DNA of 20,000 bases from Catajapyx aquilonaris (taxonomy: Eukaryota), in assembly GCA_000934665.2 (NCBI GenBank), contig KZ538054.1:119578-139577 (forward strand), read 5' to 3'. Below the pieces are notes generated by a model. That model had not been told where the DNA came from. It was given only the letters and a program-made list of their open reading frames with translations, and did no database searches. The translations under genes and the position numbers were made by a program. Below are positions 1 to 9,900 of this stretch, piece after piece. The number at the start of each line of letters is the position of its first letter. The stretch's first letter is position 1.

Positions 1-1385
1 CATTAAGGCTTTCACTTTCACGTACTCCAAACCCTTGGAGATTACAAAGTTGCCCTCCTGCAACTGTAAATTAAGTGTAATGGGATCGAAGCCTCAATTT
101 TTATCTTGCTGGGTTCTCCGCTCCGCAACACTAGAAGGCACGCACACCTGCTCCACCTTGATACATGATGTATGACATTGCACAGTTTCCTTGACACCAA
201 CAATGTGGGCTTCTTACCTGTACAGATTGAGCACAGGAGAGCTTCTAGCCACTCCCTTCCTTGTTCTACATCCCAGGACTGACAAGTGAGAAGAATGAGG
301 TGCAGGGGGTGGTGAGGGGAAAGTGAGACAGGGGGAAGGTTGAAGGTCAACTTGGGGGGAGTTGGATTGAGTCCAGTCTCATATATCGGGTGTAAGGTGC
401 AGTCAAAGGCAATGCTCTCATCGACTCTCGACTTTATTCCCATCCCTTAACACAAGATGAGACACCTGAGGTGTTTGGAGGTTAATTTCTTAGTGAACTA
501 GGTGAAGGTGGGTCAAGAGGCATGGTGACGTGAACTGGCAATTAAAAGTGATTACTGTATTATTACCAGTGGTGGGTTGGCAGCAGCTAGCAGATGTTTT
601 CTGATAGTGCCATTGTCATCCTAGGGTAATTTGTCAGAGAACAATGGTTTGTACTGTAGGGAACTTGGTTCAAAAGATGGGTGATACCATTCACGTCATC
701 ATTATTGCAACTATCAAGGAAACATTCTTCAGATAATAATGGAGTTTCCTCCATGAGAGTGCCATCTACCTTTTGGGGGACTGAATTCGTCTTAAAAAGA
801 CTTACAAAGTTCATCCATCCCTCACATTTCAAAGATCCCAGATCCAAAAAAGTCACATTTCAAAGTCACATACAAGACAGTAAAATTCAGGACTAAAACT
901 ATTAGGGCAAAGACTGTACCCAGTCACCTGAAGCACTTCCATCACATCCCCTCCTTTAAATGGAGGCTTATCTAATCGCATTCCCCCCCTCCTCTTCCAA
1001 CATTGGGGGGGGAGATGGAGACAAGAGGCTCCATCTCTAAGGCAGTGTTAGGCCTACAGGCATGAGGTAGAATTTTACGTGTTTGGGAGTGTAAAGGAAG
1101 GCAAGGGATATATGATTAAAATTACAGATGGTCATTTTATTAACAGTATATTTGTTCCACGTTTAGAGTTTGCATGTCGAAAATTACCAAATAACATGAC
1201 AAACTGTTGAAAAGACCACATAGAATGACCATCTGTGATTTGACCCTGCACTTCTACCTTCACTCATAGACCTTACACAAAAATATTTAAAATTAATAAC
1301 ATATAGTGAAAAATATGTGGCTTTGGCCTCACTGACCTTACAATAGTTTTTTTTTTCATGTGCTCCCTTCCCCACCTTCACTCCC

Positions 1386-1416
1386 TCACACTCACACTCA
1401 CACACACATACACACA
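1386..1416 (+). repeat. Imperfect (CA)n microsatellite
   Basis: tcacactcacactcacacacacatacacaca; a similar tract lies near 7849-7874. Confidence 0.85.
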
Positions 1417-2541
1417 AATATACAATGTGCTTTGCATCATTGCCACATACTGGCTGATTGGGTAGAGGGGAGATAACTTGTTATCACAACAACGCAAAAT
1501 GGAACCCCCCTAACTTGGTTACTATTTGAGGTATGATAGGAACTGCAAGTGAAAAAATGTTTGTCTATTGCATCTCTGACTGTGGTCACCTTCAGGCAGG
1601 AAAGTGACGAAGTATGTTGTTGGTGGGGATAGTGTTGTGGAAGAGGAATATTTGTCTGGGTACTACTGTAGCATTATGTTGTTAAATCATATATTTAAGC
1701 AGCATGTGGCTTAAATAACTTGAGTAAGACTCTCAATAGACCACTCATAAGATTGGCCATCTTATATAAGTGATAAGATCTGCAATTTGTTTTATATGAA
1801 CTATGGAACTAGTAATCAATCAGGTACTCGGTTACACTTCTCGACCAAGCTAGGGAGGTTTCATTGCTACAACAGGTTAACAAAATGCTTCTTGGAGAGA
1901 CCTTGGCGGGGTTGAGTAGGGAAGATCTTGCACCTTCCATGGATACCATACCTCCTGGGGCCAACTGTAAAGTACATTTACATGAGTATGTGGGCGGGGG
2001 TGATGGACTATGACACCTTGCATGCTGGAATCAACTCATCATTTAGTGGTATTGTTAAATAGAAGAGGGTGTGGGTTTATCCACATCTCCACCACCCTCC
2101 ACGAAGGCTTCTTTTGTACTATGTGGGGATTTCAAGAAGTTAATGTGAACTTTAATGTGTGTGTTCATGTAGAATTAAGACAATGTCATACAAGTGGACG
2201 GAGGCAGCTATTTGAACTACCTTTAAAGTGGAAGAACTTTGTTAAGCATTGCACAATCATGAAATCAAAAGGTCAATTACACATCAGTCAAGGCAGAACA
2301 TGACATCGATGTGAATTTCACTAATTTAAAGTGAGTATACATTCTGCAATGATGAGAGAGGAAGTTAAAAAAATAAGTTTGGAGTACTTTATGGAAGGCC
2401 CCGAGTAAAAGTATGTTTGAACTAAAGTTTCCGACATACAAACTAGTCTTGAGATAACAAAAAAAAGGGAATTCCTGAGTTTTCATGACACCTTATGGTT
2501 GCTATTTTTGCTTATCGAAACCTCCCCGTTTCAACCCCTTG

Positions 2542-2837
2542 TCACATGTCCACATCTCCACATCGAAGCTTCCGCCTCAGCACCTCAATCTCCAACTCCA
2601 GCTTTTGCTTCTCCAAGATTAGTTTTTCTTTTTCAAGCACCAGCTTTTCCTTCTCCAGCGCAATCCGTTCCATCTCCATCCCAAGCACTTCCCGGTGAAG
2701 CACTGCCAAACTGTCCTCAGGGGATGCAGATGGAACTGGTGTCACGTTGTCTTTGAATAGCAGTCGTGACGGCCACTGACCAGGTCCCCAGTCTCGATAG
2801 GAGGGATACATTCCAGGAGGGCGTGGGGAAGCTGCAG
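2542..2837 (-). CDS. Coding exon 3 (terminal) of the Myb/SANT-like gene, carrying the C-terminal coiled coil
   Basis: Acceptor TTCTTTTCAG|CTG (AG at 2839-2838). The phase-1 join gives AAASPRPPGMYPSY...ERIALEKEKLVLEKEKLILEKQKLELEIEVLRRKL...VDM*. The three exons total 545+233+296=1074 nt, or 357 aa plus stop. Confidence 0.85.
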
Positions 2838-2890
2838 CTGAAAAGAATTTATGTTAGAAAACTTGAATTCACTTAGAGATGAACCCTTAC

Positions 2891-3123
2891 CATCAGGCCT
2901 AGTGAGGGCAATGGGAGTGTCAATCCCATCTCCACCAGGAGGGCTCATAACTTCTGGACGTGTTGAGGCATCCATGACAACTGCTGTGTCACTGCTGTCA
3001 TCTTCACTTGGGTCATCTTTCATTACCACTTCTGGATACACTGAGTCCAAGTTTGCATTGACAGAGTAGATGCCTGGATCTGTGCCACAAATGTCCAAGA
3101 TGCGCTGTGACAGTGACGTCAAT
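2891..3123 (-). CDS. Coding exon 2 of the Myb/SANT-like gene (acidic, Ser/Pro-rich linker)
   Basis: Acceptor TTTTTCAG|A (AG at 3125-3124) completes AG+A=Arg in frame with LTSLSQRILDICG... The donor is GATG|GTAAGG at 2891/2890 (phase 1). Confidence 0.85.
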
Positions 3124-4182
3124 CTGAAAAAGAGGCTGGATTAAGTACCCTCAACAGAAAATATGCAATGTAGTTTCATCAATGGCCTTAAAATGAGTAA
3201 CCTGGATATAATTACTCCTGGGATTGTTGCCCTTGGTGATGTGTTCCATAGTACAGGGCAAGTGCCTAAGAGTGGATAGTTATCACGATTGTACATTCCA
3301 ACCCCCTATGTAGTTGTAATAGAAATCCCTATCATACAAAATGTGCTTAATGGTGAAATTAAAATTATCTACACTATCCAGTGCTAAGCACTTTGACATC
3401 TTGCTTGGCAAACTTTTTTCAAAATGCACTGGGATGTTTACATCATGTGTACTGGAATGATGCCAAAATACTTATATGCAATGAGCCTTCACAATTCTAC
3501 AGCAGCCTGGTAGTCATCTAGTACAATCACTAGGGACTAGGAGGAAAAATAGCTGCAACTGCCATGTGATACACCTGCAAGACACCCATCCATAATAATT
3601 TAACACTCTGCACAAGTGTGTTCAAGTGGAGTTGTCCAAGACCCCAGCATTTAAATTATTGCCCATCTAGTTTTTAGTACCATAATTTGTCAGTTCCAGG
3701 AGGGCACATAAACATGTCCAAAATTGAAGTTATGAATATGGCACACCAAGGCAAGGAAGTGCTGCTGCATGTTACGAAACATCTGGCATGTCAACCTTGA
3801 CAATGCAAATCTTTGTTGACCTTGTTGAAAATCTAATAATATTGCTAACCAGTAACATGCAGAAATCTAGTACGAACCGGTACAAGCTGACAGGCCAAAT
3901 ATGCTACTGATAATGACAAATTTTGTGGTTATGATATTGGGTTCGGGTAATGCTTTTCCATGCATGAACATTGTTTTGGGAAACTCTGAGATTTGCTTTG
4001 GAAGCTGCGGGTTTCGCGATGTTGGAATGAATGGCGGGCGGTTTGAAAAGCGCGCGGGGGGCATGGGCAAAGAATGGTCCTCGTGCAGTTAAACGCCATA
4101 AGCAGAGGGGGGGTGCACCCAACTGCCACGCACACACACTCGACATGGTCGCAGCGTTTGTATGAAATTGTTCCCGAAAAGA

Positions 4183-4288
4183 GGGGCGGACCCCCATCCG
4201 TTGTTGCGGAATAAGTGGAATGAATGGCGATGCAAATGAGGCGAGGGAAGACTCGGGAGCAGGGTTGGAAATAGGGTGACGTCACGTG
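4183..4288. promoter_or_regulatory. Cluster of transcription-factor motifs at the 5' end of intron 1
   Basis: GC box GGGGCGGA (4183-4190), octamer ATGCAAAT (4230-4237), and CRE palindrome GTGACGTCAC (4276-4285) overlapping E-box GTCACGTG (4281-4288). Motif matches only. Confidence 0.35.
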
Positions 4289-4313
4289 TGCGTGTCTGTG
4301 CGAGGCGGCTCAC

Positions 4314-4858
4314 CTGGCTGGAGCAACTCCGTCGACTCGTGGCCTCTGGTAGTCCAGGAACTCCCGACGGGCCTCGAAGACCATGGCCTTCCACTTCTTC
4401 CGGACGTCTTCGGCGCTCCTCTGCGGCCCGACGCGACTGGCGTTCAGGATCTGGGCAATCTTCTCCCACAGCTCCTTCTTGCGTCGGTTGGTGGCCGCGT
4501 TGGTCATCTTGGACAGAAGCACACCACGGTCCTTTCCGAACTCCTCAGTGATGATCCATTTCTCCTCTTCGCTGAAGTTGGCCTTGCGCCGAAGGAGGCT
4601 GTCGGCAGCGGCGGCGGCCGCAGCAGCAGCAGCCGCGGCGGCTGCGGCTGCGGCTGCGGCAGGTCCTCCGGTTCCTCCTCCTCCTCCTCCACCACCACCA
4701 CCGCAACCGCCGCTGCTGGCGCTGCTGTTGCTGGCGCTACTGACGACGGCGGCGGCCAAGGCGGCAGAATTGGGCGGAGTGGCCGCGGAGGCACCGCCGC
4801 TGGTCAGGGTCAGCATAGGCAGCACAGTCGCTTTGGACACCTCCAGGTCCTCCAGCAT
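4314..4858 (-). CDS. Coding exon 1 of a Myb/SANT-like DNA-binding domain protein (MSANTD3/MSANTD4/NAIF1-like; Myb_DNA-bind_5 type)
   Basis: The translation contains RKANFSEEEKWIITEEFGKDRGVLLSKMTNAATNRRKKELWEKIAQILNASRVGPQRSAEDVRKKWKAMVFEARRE, matching the family pattern RxxNFS...K...W..IA..LNA...R....RKKW. It ends at the donor CCAG|GTGAG (intron starts 4313, phase 2). ATG 4858 is the start used here, but the frame is open further upstream (ATG 5446), so the start is uncertain. Confidence 0.9.
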
Positions 4859-5091
4859 GTAGTGTTGAAGGAGGCGGTGGTCAGCAGCTGCTGCGGCGGC
4901 GGCCGCGACGACGGCCCCCTCCAGCACTCTTCGTCGTCCTTGTCCTCCACCACGTCCTCCGTAGTGACTGTTGGTGCTGTTGTTGTGGTTCTGATGGGCC
5001 GCCGGCCACCACCTCCTCGACGACGCGGACCCTCTTCGTCCTCCTAAGCCAGGGCCTAAATCCCCCGCCACTTCGATCCAGGGAGGGCCTC

Positions 5092-5105
5092 GTCGCCATG
5101 GCAAC
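5092..5105. promoter_or_regulatory. RFX X-box-like motif
   Basis: GTCGCCATGGCAAC matches the palindromic X-box GTTGCCATGGCAAC at 13/14 and lies ~235 bp upstream of ATG 4858. Motif match only. Confidence 0.45.
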
Positions 5106-5329
5106 GGCCCCCCTTCCCCGCCTGCGACTGGCGCCGGGCTCAGACCGGTCCTGACCCCCCGGCAACGCTTAGCTTCCTGCTGCTGCACTCCTCGCCCTCT
5201 CCGCCGCCGCCGCCGCTGCTCCGACTCCTCGCGGCACGCAGCGTTGCCACATCCCTCCCTAAAACTACTCTCTGCTGGCACCACCACCACACTCTGCTCC
5301 TCCTGCTGTTGCTCTGCTGTAGTGGTTGC

Positions 5330-5405
5330 CGCAGCAGCAGCAGCAGCAGCTCCTGAGGAGGAGGACGACGAGGAGGTGGAGGAGGAGGAGGAGGAGGAGG
5401 AGGAG
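5330..5405 (+). repeat. (GCA)n and (GGA)n triplet repeats
   Basis: Read directly from the sequence; within the GC-rich 5' region of the Myb/SANT gene. Confidence 0.9.
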
Positions 5406-5827
5406 CGGGGCCGGTCCGCTATTCTGCTCTGCATCCACATACTCATCCGGACCCTTGCTATTATCCACCCCCCTCCCTTCCACCCACCCAAACCCCTTAG
5501 CTCCCCACTATTTTTTCCATCCTCCCCACCTTCCACCACCTCCTTTTTGGCAAGCACTTCGAAAACGAGGTGGGAGAAAGGGGAAGGGGGGAGGGGGAGG
5601 GTATGGAGGAAAAAGGGAATCAAAACGGCAAAAACAGAGAGAGGAGGAGGAGGGGGGGCTGAGGCAAACTCGTCCACCCCGCAGCTATTATTCCTTCCAA
5701 AAATTGCGTCACACGCGTGTTTGGTCGAATGCAAAACCCGGCCCCTTTTCTCACATTTGAGTGCGTGGCGCCGTTTTGCCTAGTGAGGCGGCACCATGCA
5801 GGGGTTTGATGAAACTCCGGCACTCAC

Positions 5828-6057
5828 CTCGGACTGAGGAAGTATGGGGAGATAATTGCTCGTGTTCGAGCAATGCACTGAGGAGGAGCAAAATATTCCG
5901 CAGGTTGAGATATATATGTTGGTGGGTGAAACCGCAGGAAACGTAAGATTCCGCAGGAAATGTCATTCCATGATATTATAATGCGTTGTTGCGGAAAATT
6001 GCATGGTAAAGAGACAGTGAAAGCAACAGCGCATAACGAAGTGAATTTAGCTGCCAT
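5828..6057 (-). CDS. Putative alternative first coding exon (MAAKFTSL...FLSPR), product unknown
   Basis: ATG in an AAACATGG context. The frame is open for 230 nt up to a consensus donor GAG|GTGAGT (GT at 5827-5826); phase 2 matches the exon-2 acceptor at 3123. No recognisable domain. Confidence 0.4.
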
Positions 6058-6880
6058 GTTTCTTTGTCTACCTAAATGGCTGGAAGTCCGAACTTAAATG
6101 GTGGAAGATTACGGATGAAATCCTATGTTACGTATGCTGCAGTATTAGATCTCATGTGTAGGCCGAGCATATATGGCTATTCACGTGCCACATCGGCGGT
6201 ATATTTGACAAGTTACCTGATGTTGCTTTTCAGTGCATTAATTAAAAAAAAGTGTATAGCCTACGTTCAATCTGGAGTTTTCGTTTAAAATGGAAGGAAA
6301 TGCTCGCATGCTCATTAGCATGTTGCTGCTTATGCACTGCACAAATTAGGTCACTATCCATGCCCCCCACTGGTGGGTCAAGTTGAATGTGTTATTTGGG
6401 AACGAGGTGAATCAATTTGGGACAAGGTAGAATACTTCGGTGAAGAGTGAAAACCACAAATTGAAAGAATAACTCCCTTATTTGCCACTTTCTATATAGC
6501 TTGCCACAAAGGCCAAGTTCATGTAGAAGTGTTCAAAAGCTGACAGCTGTGTGTGTCGTGGCTTCCTGCTGCTGTCCGCCTTTACCTCCGCCTTTCTTAT
6601 CAGACTCTTTAAAAATATATTCTAGCTCACAGTGGTAGGATTAAAAATGGAAATTGACCTATACGCGACAAATTTACATCTTGTCGCCTAGTCATGTGGA
6701 GTATCAACTTGCCCGAATGAGTACCATAGAGGCTAAAACAATAAGGGTAATATTGCGCGTATTCATTTTAAATTATCGAGAAATGCACGATCGTATATGC
6801 CCAATGGTATGTTCATAGCACTTGAGCATCTTGGTGTTTTGTGGCTATAGCCTAGCTTGGGGTTTTTTTCTTCATTTATA

Positions 6881-6914
6881 CAAGATGGGATAAACACTGT
6901 GTTTATCCATCTTG
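6881..6914. mobile_element. 34-bp palindromic micro-insertion with an 8-bp TSD (hAT-like minimal element)
   Basis: CAAGATGGGATAAACAC-T-GTGTTTATCCATCTTG (one extra G in the left arm), flanked by CATTTATA at 6873-6880 and 6915-6922. Confidence 0.75.
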
Positions 6915-9900
6915 CATTTATACTAGAGTAATAATAATAATAAACATGTTTCTCAGGCAGGTGTAAACCAAGTCACATTTTTCCTTGTCAGGCAATATGC
7001 ATTACACACGTTGGTTATGGAGGAAGATGCTGCAAGGAGATCTCGAATACTGATGACAGCTATTTTTTAAAGTAATCATACCGTACGTATAATTATCGTA
7101 ATTACTTTAAAAACTAGCTAGCTTATGCAACTTACCATTCTTATTTAACGACCACCCATACGTATATTGCCACTGCTGTAACATATGTAATTTACTCTCA
7201 CTACAACTTGGTCGCGTTGTGTATGAGGTATACGGGTGGTGCGGCATGCTTGCGGCAAGTTGTGTCCTTCGCATGTTTACTCTGCAATGCGTTTCAGGTG
7301 GTTCATGGCAAAATCCCGACATCATTTTGGCAGTGACAAGAGTGCGGCCTATCGAAACTGTCACCGACTCACCTTGCAGTAGGATTAGATGAATGGCAAT
7401 GCCATGCTGGAAAATAAAGGCGATGTTTGGATTTTGATATATTTGGGAAGTTTGTCGTGCGCCTATAGGAGATTATCTAGCAACAAACAGAATCACTCTG
7501 GAATCACTTTACCATGTCATATAAATATCCATGCACGGAAATACAGAGTCAAACGTACTTTAGTGCTACCTGATAAGACAAGTATAATCGATAAATCCTG
7601 GAAGTGTGCAGTTATTGACAAGTATGCAGGTCAGTTAATAAGAAAGAATTTCAATTCCAGTCAGATGTATGGAATAAACTAATATCACATCCAACTGTGT
7701 GCAAGTTACCAGCTTTTAAATACCGTATATGCACAGCAGGATATCAGTAAATAAGGCGGTCGTATATTTTCCGTAACCATTGAGCCTCATGTATTACGTT
7801 CATCTTGGATACTACGATACATACTATTTTTATTTGATAAAACTGAAACATACACATATACACACACACACACATCACAGAGAAACCTTTTGCGAAGTTG
7901 TTTGTGTCAGTTGTCACGACGAAAGAAATGCTTTAAAAAAAACTCGAAGAGAAAGAGTGGTTACAATGTAGCCTAGACATTCTATACATTTACACAGAGC
8001 CGGTTTTACTGTAACCGCTTCACCTCCCAGTGTGAATGTGTCAATAACCCCTTGTTGATTGCATCTGCATTGTAATCTGGCAACAAGTATAGAAGCATAG
8101 CTTTCAACTGGAGTATCAACTGAATATTAATTGCGAAACAGGCTCTAAGACTCCAACTCCAAAATAAACATGGCAGGCTATAATTAGGCGATCAGTTGAG
8201 TTCCATTGTAAAGATTACTTTATCACTAAAATGAAGTCTTGTGCAGCTTATCAGTTGAAACTCACTTGTAGGTATGTCAAATACTGTACCAAAAATAGAA
8301 TATGCTTTATTCAGTGACACAGGTTTGTGTGTTTTTCTCGCATATACGTTCTAAGTAGTTTTGTAAACGCATGCTGGAGAGTTGAAACTGGTTTTTCAGT
8401 ACGACTTCGGACATTTATTTACCTGCACATTCATCAAATAACTTTATCGCATTTCCGTGCTTGGTTTTACATTTCCAGTAATACAGCTTCTCGCGATGTT
8501 TCGCGTCTTAAACCTGAAACATTTTATTACATAGATCCTTGTTCGTGCCTACAGAGTATGCCTGGCCTTTCAGGTGTGACACAGTACCTAAAACCTTGAC
8601 CATATAACAGGTTTGACTGGATACGTGTTACATTGTGGCAACGTGGACAGAATTTATAACTCCTCAATTGTGAAGGCAGCTGTTATTTTTTGAATGTTAT
8701 TTTTTCACTCCTAAAACTTTCCACTCCCTGTTATTCTATTTTAAATTCGGTCGTGACCTCCGTCGACCTTCATTACCAAGGTGTGAGGACACATTTTCGG
8801 GACTGCCCGGAAACCCATAAAACACAATATTGCATTGAATAACAGCGCATATTAATAAACAGGTGGAAAAAGAAGTCGTGGCATAATTACGTAACAGGAA
8901 CCGGAACCTGTGTGTGTACACCTCCAGCCATCCCCCACCTCATACTCTTCCATTCCCACAGTAGTGACCTCGAGCCAACGCCAAGGCCGTTGTTGGTTAG
9001 CTGTTCCGAGGTCACATATCTACAAGGAGCATATAAAACCTGGCAATCGCGCCTCCCACTTCCACCACTACCCACCACCCTCTCCCCTCCATGCTAGCGG
9101 AAAGAAAAAAAAAATATTAAAAAAACTTGTTTGGAACTGGTCGGAACCGCTGTTGCCATATAGAAGGTCGTCCCGGGCCTAAGTCGGTTGGAGATGTGTA
9201 CCGACATTTGGCACGGTTGAGGCGGCTGTATGTCGCTCAATTACGACATGTCTGCGTCGGGTCTTCCAAAATGTAAAAACAGGACTAACGTAAATACACC
9301 TGCTCGGGCAGGATGGGCCCAGCTGGAGTTGTAGCTCGGAAGTTGTTTATTTCCTATTCTAACAAAAAAAAATAAGAAAAAAAATCTACTCATTCACATT
9401 CGTGGGCGGTATAATAAGAAGTATTTTTCAAGAACGTAAGGACAGTGTGGCGTAAAAATAGTGGCATATATTGCATGCGAATAGCAAAATTTGAGCAAAA
9501 AATACCGTGCCATTTTTTAATGCTATCTTAGAAATATCCTTACCTTGAAACTACTTGTACTACATATTGGCAGCAGTTTATATCCTCACGGGTTGAAACC
9601 ATCGGAACATCAATCTGATTACACATACCGGTATCGGTATATTTATTCAGACAATATTACTGTAGGCTATTTCTCATGCCAATGGTATATTATGCAGAAG
9701 TAGCTGTATATAGGCAGCATGTTTTTTAAATGCCGGTGTACGAATTTGATTCGAATGTCGCTATTCCGGTTCAATATATTTATCGATGCATTACGAAACC
9801 TCAAACCAGCTTACTCATTCTTGTGTGTTCCCCGGGGCACGAGTTATGTAAAGGACAGCATGAAATCATGGCAGCCTATGTAAGTTGCAGCCGTAATGGG

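Larger units (their letters stand above)
4859..5446 (-). other. In-frame open, GC-rich low-complexity region: possible N-terminal extension of the Myb/SANT protein, or 5' UTR/promoter
   Basis: No stop codon between ATG 5446 (MSMWMQ...) and ATG 4858; it would encode poly-Ser/Ala/Arg tracts. Open frames are common in such GC-rich triplet repeats, so coding status is unresolved. Confidence 0.4.

Noticed and set aside
42..896. ORFs 42-443 (-), 587-856 (-) and 681-896 (+)
   Set aside because: No recognisable domain and no phase-consistent splice chain; probably 3' UTR, intron or intergenic.
1012..1037. Short hairpin GAGATGGAG/CTCCATCTC, and similar small palindromes near 12631-12644 and 13473-13510
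   Set aside because: Stems of 7-9 bp are expected by chance in 20 kb, with no TSD or other context.
1870..1964. Minus-strand acceptor-like TACTTTACAG followed by a short open frame (possible alternative last exon)
   Set aside because: Only a splice-site-like motif; the peptide is uninformative and there is no independent support.
4089..5783. Many overlapping ORFs (e.g. 4286-5047 +, 4383-4862 +, 5244-5783 +)
   Set aside because: Shadows of GC-rich triplet-repeat sequence and of the real minus-strand exon; low-complexity translations with no domain.
6076..6288. Divergent plus-strand ORF starting 18 bp from ATG 6057, considered as a Harbinger transposase partner
   Set aside because: 70 aa with no DDE or HTH motifs, no clear donor and almost no room for a promoter.
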